A stretch of 64,000 nucleotides of DNA from Candidatus Aphodoplasma sp. (lineage in GTDB: Bacteria > Bacillota > Clostridia > UBA1381 > UMGS1253): the NCBI GenBank assembly GCA_045592745.1, contig JAZNVH010000010.1:92783-156782 (forward strand), in the 5' to 3' direction. The number at the start of each line of letters is the position of its first letter. Position 1 is the stretch's first letter. The notes beneath the pieces are model-generated. The model did no database searches and was not told the DNA's origin. It saw only the letters and a program-made list of their open reading frames with translations. This document shows positions 58,942-64,000 of the stretch, piece by piece. The position numbers and the translations under genes are program-made.

Positions 58942-60785
58942 GTCCGCCGCCAATGATGGGGCCTAAAGGTAGACCGGGTAACGGGGCAGGAGTTGCAGGA
59001 CCCATGGCACGTATGATGCCCGGTGTAAAGGCCAAGAATTTTAAACAGACAGTATCAAGACTTTTTGAGTATATGGGGCCTTATAAGATTGCACTTTTGA
59101 TGACGGTTATTTTTGCAGTATTTTCAACAATGTTTGAAATATTTGCGCCGCTTGTTCTCGGTGATGCTACGACGCTTATATTTAATGGTGTTGTACGCGA
59201 TAAAACGGGCGTCGATTTTGTAGCTATAGGGCGCATTATTATGAAGCTTGCGGCTGTATATTTTGCGTGTACGTTCTTTTCGTTTCTTCAAAGCTATCTT
59301 ACGGCGGGAATATCGCAAAAAATTTCTTATAAGCTTCGTTATGATATTGCAAAGAAAATTGACCGCTTGCCTGTAAGTGTATTTGAATCCACAACACACG
59401 GCGAGATACTCAGCCGTATAACAAATGACGTTGATACTGTGGCACAAACGCTTAATCAGGGTATTGCACAGTCTATTACATCTGTGGTTACTATATGCGG
59501 TATAATTATAGTAATGTTTTCCATTAATATATGGATGAGTCTTGTAACGCTTATAATATTGCCCGTAGTGCTTGTGTTTGTGCGCCTTATTGTAAAGGCG
59601 TCAAGCAAGTTTTACCGCGCTCAGCAAAAAACGCTTGGTCAGATTAACGGTCATGTTGAAGAGATGTATTCAGGACATAATGTTGTAAAGGCGTTTAACG
59701 GCGAAGAGTCATCCGTAAAAACTTTTACAGAGTACAGTGATATATTGTGCAAAACCGCATGGAAATCGCAGGCGCTTTCAGGACTTATGATGCCGATGGT
59801 AAACTTTGTAGGAAATGTCGGCTACGTTGTAATATGTATAATGGGTGGTGCCTTTGTTCTTGCAGGAAGGCTTGAGGTAGGAAATATACAATCCTTCATC
59901 CAGTATATGCGCCACTTTACCCGCCCTATAAGCGAGGTTTCAAATATAGCAAACGTATTTCAGTCTACAGCGGCTGCGGCAGAAAGAGTGTTTGAGTTTT
60001 TGGACAGCGAGGAAGAGTGCGAGCAAACAAAAACACCTGCAAGCACTAAAAATATAACTGGAACGGTAACATTTGAGCATGTACGCTTTGGATATTTAAA
60101 GGATAAAATTGTAATCAAGGATTTTTCCTGCGAGGTACAAAGCGGTATGCAGGTTGCAATTGTCGGCCCTACCGGTTCAGGTAAGACCACAATCGTAAAG
60201 CTTTTGATGCGATACTATGATGTAAATGAAGGAAGCATTAAAATAGATGGTGTTGATATACGCGATTTTACAAGAGATGATTTGCGCTCACAATTTGCAA
60301 TGGTGCTTCAGGATACGTGGCTGTTTAATGATACAGTAATGGAGAATATTAGATACGGAAAACCTGATGCAACTGATGAAGAGGTTATTGCCGCGGCAAA
60401 AACGGCGTGCGTTGACCGGTTTATACATCAGCTTGCGGGCGGATATAATATGGTGATAAACGAAGAGGCTAATAATATATCCCAGGGACAAAAGCAACTT
60501 ATCACAATTGCAAGAGCAGTTCTGGCAAATCCGCCGATGCTTATTTTGGACGAGGCGACAAGTTCTGTCGATACAAGAACGGAGTCACTTATACAAACGG
60601 CGATGAAAAACCTTATGAAAGACAGAACGAGCTTTGTAATTGCACACCGTCTTTCAACAATACGCGATGCGGATATGATATTGGTTGTAAATGACGGTGA
60701 TGTTATTGAAAGAGGTAACCATACAGAGCTTATGGCTAAAAACGGATTTTATGCCGAGCTTTATAACAGTCAGTTTAAAAAATAA
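58938..60785 (+). CDS. Heterodimeric ABC exporter, subunit with consensus Walker B
   Basis: GPTGSGKT, ISQGQ, LILDEATSS and IAHR; ATGA overlap with its partner (TM287/288-, EfrAB-like pair). Confidence 0.92.
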   Translation: MSPPPMMGPKGRPGNGAGVAGPMARMMPGVKAKNFKQTVSRLFEYMGPYKIALLMTVIFAVFSTMFEIFAPLVLGDATTLIFNGVVRDKTGVDFVAIGRIIMKLAAVYFACTFFSFLQSYLTAGISQKISYKLRYDIAKKIDRLPVSVFESTTHGEILSRITNDVDTVAQTLNQGIAQSITSVVTICGIIIVMFSINIWMSLVTLIILPVVLVFVRLIVKASSKFYRAQQKTLGQINGHVEEMYSGHNVVKAFNGEESSVKTFTEYSDILCKTAWKSQALSGLMMPMVNFVGNVGYVVICIMGGAFVLAGRLEVGNIQSFIQYMRHFTRPISEVSNIANVFQSTAAAAERVFEFLDSEEECEQTKTPASTKNITGTVTFEHVRFGYLKDKIVIKDFSCEVQSGMQVAIVGPTGSGKTTIVKLLMRYYDVNEGSIKIDGVDIRDFTRDDLRSQFAMVLQDTWLFNDTVMENIRYGKPDATDEEVIAAAKTACVDRFIHQLAGGYNMVINEEANNISQGQKQLITIARAVLANPPMLILDEATSSVDTRTESLIQTAMKNLMKDRTSFVIAHRLSTIRDADMILVVNDGDVIERGNHTELMAKNGFYAELYNSQFKK

Positions 60786-60794
60786 AAAATGGCA

Positions 60795-60835
60795 GCAGGG
60801 CTTTGCAAATACAGCAGAGTCCTGCGTTAAATTTT
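60795..60835 (+). terminator. Probable terminator after the ABC exporter
   Basis: GCAGGGCTTTGC/GCAGAGTCCTGC stem followed by GTTAAATTTT. Confidence 0.55.
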
Positions 60836-60947
60836 ATGTAAAAAAATAATTTAGTAAAAAAATCTTTGACAAACGGATAAATTTGTAGTAATGTATTAAA
60901 TCGTAGAGTATATTAAAATGAAGTTTTAAAAATGGGGGAGGGATAAT

Positions 60948-62165
60948 ATGTCTAAAGAGCAGTATTGGCTATGGCTTGTAAATTTGCCGTCCATAAGCTC
61001 TGCAAAAATTACCCTTCTTTTAGAAAAATTTGAAACAGTTGAAAAAATATATCATGCACAAAAGAGCGATTTTGAAGGCATTTATAAAATAGGAAAACGT
61101 GAAATAGATGCTCTTTGCAACAAAGATATTACAAAAGCAAATGAAATTATAAAAAAGCTTGATAAGGCAGGAGCGTATACGCTTTGTTTTGACGATGAAA
61201 ATTATCCCGATATGCTAAGGTATTGTTATGACCCACCGTATGTTTTGTATGCTATGGGCGAAAAGCTTGACTTTGATAAAATGCTTTTTATTTCGGTAGT
61301 AGGTTCTCGCGAGTGTAGTGAATATGGTATAGATGCTACTGACGAAATATGTACCGAACTTGCCCAGAAAGGTGTTGTTATTGTAAGCGGTATGGCTAGA
61401 GGAATTGATTCTGCGGCGCACAGAAGCGCACTAAAAGCAGGCGCTAAGACGGTTGCGTTTTTAGGATGCGGAATTGACGTGGTTTATCCGCCGGAAAATG
61501 ATGAACTTATGCATGCAATTGCTCAAAATGGTATGGTTATAACCGAGTTTGCACCGGGTACACCGCCATATTCTAAAAATTTTCCAATACGAAACAGACT
61601 TATTGGGGCGTTTTCGAGAGGAGTTTTGCTCATTGAGGCAAGAGAAAAAAGCGGAACGCTTATTACGGCAAGATGGGCACTTGAAAATGGAAGAGATGTT
61701 TTCTCTTTGCCGGGAGATTATAATCGTGAAGGCTCGGCAGGTTGTAACGAGCTTATAAAAAGCGGCGGGGCAAAGCTTGTAACGTGTGCAGAGGATATAC
61801 TCGAAGAATATGTCTATGAGCTTGAAAATATGGATATGGGAAGATATGGCAAAGCTGAACCTGTATTTGTAGAGGTTGGCATAAGAGGGCAGAATAAAAA
61901 GCGTACAAACGCAAATGATAGTGTAAATAATGAAAGTAATAAAGATAACAATAGAAACATTGATGTAAACAATCCTCGATATGACGTGCTTGATGAAAAG
62001 CAAAAGCATATAATTGAGCTTTTGGCACAGGGGGATATGCATATTGACCAGATATGCAGAGCCGTTGATATGAGCGCATCGGAGGCGGCAGCGGCGATGA
62101 CTATAATGGAGCTTTATGGCTTTGTTATTGCGCTTGCGGGAAAAATGTTTACATTAAACGTATAA
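60948..62165 (+). CDS. dprA: DNA-processing protein DprA
   Basis: SVVGSR, VSGMARGIDSAAH, GCGIDVVYP, NFPIRNRLI, EAREKSGTLITA and a C-terminal winged helix. Confidence 0.96.
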   Translation: MSKEQYWLWLVNLPSISSAKITLLLEKFETVEKIYHAQKSDFEGIYKIGKREIDALCNKDITKANEIIKKLDKAGAYTLCFDDENYPDMLRYCYDPPYVLYAMGEKLDFDKMLFISVVGSRECSEYGIDATDEICTELAQKGVVIVSGMARGIDSAAHRSALKAGAKTVAFLGCGIDVVYPPENDELMHAIAQNGMVITEFAPGTPPYSKNFPIRNRLIGAFSRGVLLIEAREKSGTLITARWALENGRDVFSLPGDYNREGSAGCNELIKSGGAKLVTCAEDILEEYVYELENMDMGRYGKAEPVFVEVGIRGQNKKRTNANDSVNNESNKDNNRNIDVNNPRYDVLDEKQKHIIELLAQGDMHIDQICRAVDMSASEAAAAMTIMELYGFVIALAGKMFTLNV

Positions 62166-62244
62166 AAGGAGCATATTCTGTCAGCTTTCAGATGGAATAT
62201 GTAAGGCTTATAAAGATTTGCGAAAAGAAAGGCTGGAAAATAAA

Positions 62245-64000
62245 ATGTCAAAAAAGCTTGTTATAGTTGAGTCGCCGTCAAAGGCGAAAACAATCAAAAA
62301 ATATCTTGGCTCGACATACAGTGTTGAGGCTTCGATGGGACATATTATAGACCTTCCCAAAAGTAATATGGGTGTCGATATTGACAAGGATTTTGAGCCG
62401 CACTATATCACAATAAGGGGAAAAGGGGAGCTTCTTTCAAGACTTAAAAAGGAAGCAAAGACGGCGGATAAGGTTTACCTTGCAACTGACCCTGACCGCG
62501 AAGGTGAGGCTATAAGCTGGCATTTGGCGCACGCACTTGAGCTTGATGAAAATGCAGTTTGCCGTGTCACTTTTAATGAAATTACAAAGGCTGCGGTGCA
62601 AAAGGCTATAAAAGATCCAAGAAGCATTGACCAAAGCCTTGTTGATGCGCAGCAGGCAAGACGTGTGCTTGATAGAATTGTTGGTTACAAGATAAGCCCT
62701 ATTTTGTGGAAGAAGGTTAAAAAAGGACTTAGTGCAGGTCGTGTGCAATCTGTTGCAACACGTCTTATTTGTGACCGCGAAGAAGAGATTGAGGCATTCG
62801 TGCCACAGGAGTACTGGACAATTGTCGCAGAACTTACAGAGCCAAATTCCAAAAAAAGCTTTAAGGCGACATATCATGGTAAGGGCAAAAACAAGGTTGA
62901 GATAAAAAATGAAAAGGAAGCACTTTCGATATATAATGAGGTAAAGGATGCCGATTTTGTTGTATCGAGCGTAAAAACAACCGACGTAAAGCGCTCACCT
63001 GCACCGCCGTTTACTACATCAACTATGCAGCAGGAGGCATCAAGAAAAATAAACTTCCAGTCAAGAAAAACAATGCAGACGGCGCAGACTCTGTACGAAG
63101 GTGTGGATGTAAAGGGAATTGGAACTGTCGGACTTATTACGTATATGCGTACCGACTCGACACGTATAGCGACAGAGGCACAGTACGCTGCACGTGATTA
63201 TATTAATGCAAATTATGGCGAAAATTATGCACCGAAAAGCTTTCGTTACTATAAGAGCCGTAAAAACGCTCAGGATGCTCACGAGGCAATCAGACCGACT
63301 GATGTAATGCTTACACCTGCTCGCATAAAAGAATCGCTTACAAATGACCAATACAAGCTTTATAAGCTTATCTGGGAGCGCTTTGTGGCAAGCCAGATGG
63401 AAAATGCTATTATAGAGTCTACAATGTGTGACGTTGAAGCGAACGGACATATATTTAAGGCGACAGGTACAAAGGTAAAGTTTGACGGCTTTATGAAGGT
63501 GTATATTGAGGGTACAGATACGGAAAAGCAAAAGGAAACAGCTCTTCCGGAGATTACAGAAAAAGAAAACCTTAAGTTAAAAGATATTGAAAAAAAGCAG
63601 CATTTCACACAGCCACCTGCACGTTATACAGAGGCAAGCCTTGTAAAGACGCTTGAAGAAGAGGGAATAGGAAGACCGTCAACCTTTGCGCCGACGATCA
63701 CCACAATTCTTGCACGTGGATATGTTACACGTGAGAAAAAGTCGCTTATGCCAACAGAACTTGGACGTGTGACGACAAAGCTTTTGAAAGAGAATTTTAC
63801 AAATATTGTTGATGTGGATTTTACAGCAAATATGGAAAGTCAGCTTGACAGCGTTGAAAGCGGCAATGCAAAATGGAAGGAAATTATAAAAGAGTTTTAC
63901 TATCCGTTTGATGAGAGCGTAAAGGCAGCCGAGGAAAGTGTGAGCCGCATAAAGATCGCAGATGAGGTCAGCGACGTTAAATGCGAAAAGTGCGGACGTA
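62245..64000 (+). CDS. topA: DNA topoisomerase I (partial, runs off right edge)
   Basis: Not in the ORF track; translated from ATG 62245: MSKKLVIVESPSKAKTI..GHIIDLP, ATDPDREGEAISWH, SAGRVQS, LITYMRTDS and QDAHEAIRPT. Confidence 0.97.
   Translation, partial: MSKKLVIVESPSKAKTIKKYLGSTYSVEASMGHIIDLPKSNMGVDIDKDFEPHYITIRGKGELLSRLKKEAKTADKVYLATDPDREGEAISWHLAHALELDENAVCRVTFNEITKAAVQKAIKDPRSIDQSLVDAQQARRVLDRIVGYKISPILWKKVKKGLSAGRVQSVATRLICDREEEIEAFVPQEYWTIVAELTEPNSKKSFKATYHGKGKNKVEIKNEKEALSIYNEVKDADFVVSSVKTTDVKRSPAPPFTTSTMQQEASRKINFQSRKTMQTAQTLYEGVDVKGIGTVGLITYMRTDSTRIATEAQYAARDYINANYGENYAPKSFRYYKSRKNAQDAHEAIRPTDVMLTPARIKESLTNDQYKLYKLIWERFVASQMENAIIESTMCDVEANGHIFKATGTKVKFDGFMKVYIEGTDTEKQKETALPEITEKENLKLKDIEKKQHFTQPPARYTEASLVKTLEEEGIGRPSTFAPTITTILARGYVTREKKSLMPTELGRVTTKLLKENFTNIVDVDFTANMESQLDSVESGNAKWKEIIKEFYYPFDESVKAAEESVSRIKIADEVSDVKCEKCGR

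Noticed and set aside
57211-60785. Degenerate Walker B/H-loop and signature motifs in the ABC pair
   Set aside because: This is the normal asymmetry of heterodimeric exporters (TM287/288, EfrAB type), not novel.
61880-61980. Asn-rich low-complexity segment in DprA
   Set aside because: It falls in the variable linker before the winged-helix domain, which is commonly low-complexity.

Overview
A 64-kb chromosomal window from a low-GC, probably spore-forming Clostridia-type anaerobe, likely from a gut or rumen habitat (inferred from polC, ytfI/ytfJ, scpAB and T-box riboswitches). It is mostly housekeeping: valS, scpAB, rodA, rnj, polC-ispG-rseP-dxr-cdsA-uppS-frr-pyrH-tsf-rpsB, rsmE-prmA and dprA-topA. 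It also carries rhamnose/mannonate catabolic genes and a heterodimeric ABC exporter. I found no CRISPR array, rRNA, tRNA, transposase or integrase. Two T-box-controlled amino-acid operons are unusual, and both are built around apparent pseudoenzymes. (1) An aspS::gatC-gatA*-gatB operon. A non-discriminating-type AspRS is fused to a GatC-like domain, GatA is N-terminally truncated and lacks the whole Lys-Ser-Ser glutaminase triad, and GatB keeps its metal/kinase residues but has altered ammonia-tunnel motifs. This suggests a tethered, possibly free-ammonia-dependent Asn-transamidosome. (2) A Leu (CUC) T-box operon encoding a catalytically dead LeuA that keeps its Leu-binding regulatory domain, coupled to a degenerate-TIM-barrel/acyl-CoA ligase fusion. 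This is a candidate branched-chain fatty acid (isovalerate) salvage route to leucine. An orphan trpB with a possible Trp leader peptide fits the same scavenging theme. All family calls and reference residue numbers come from recalled motifs, not database searches.
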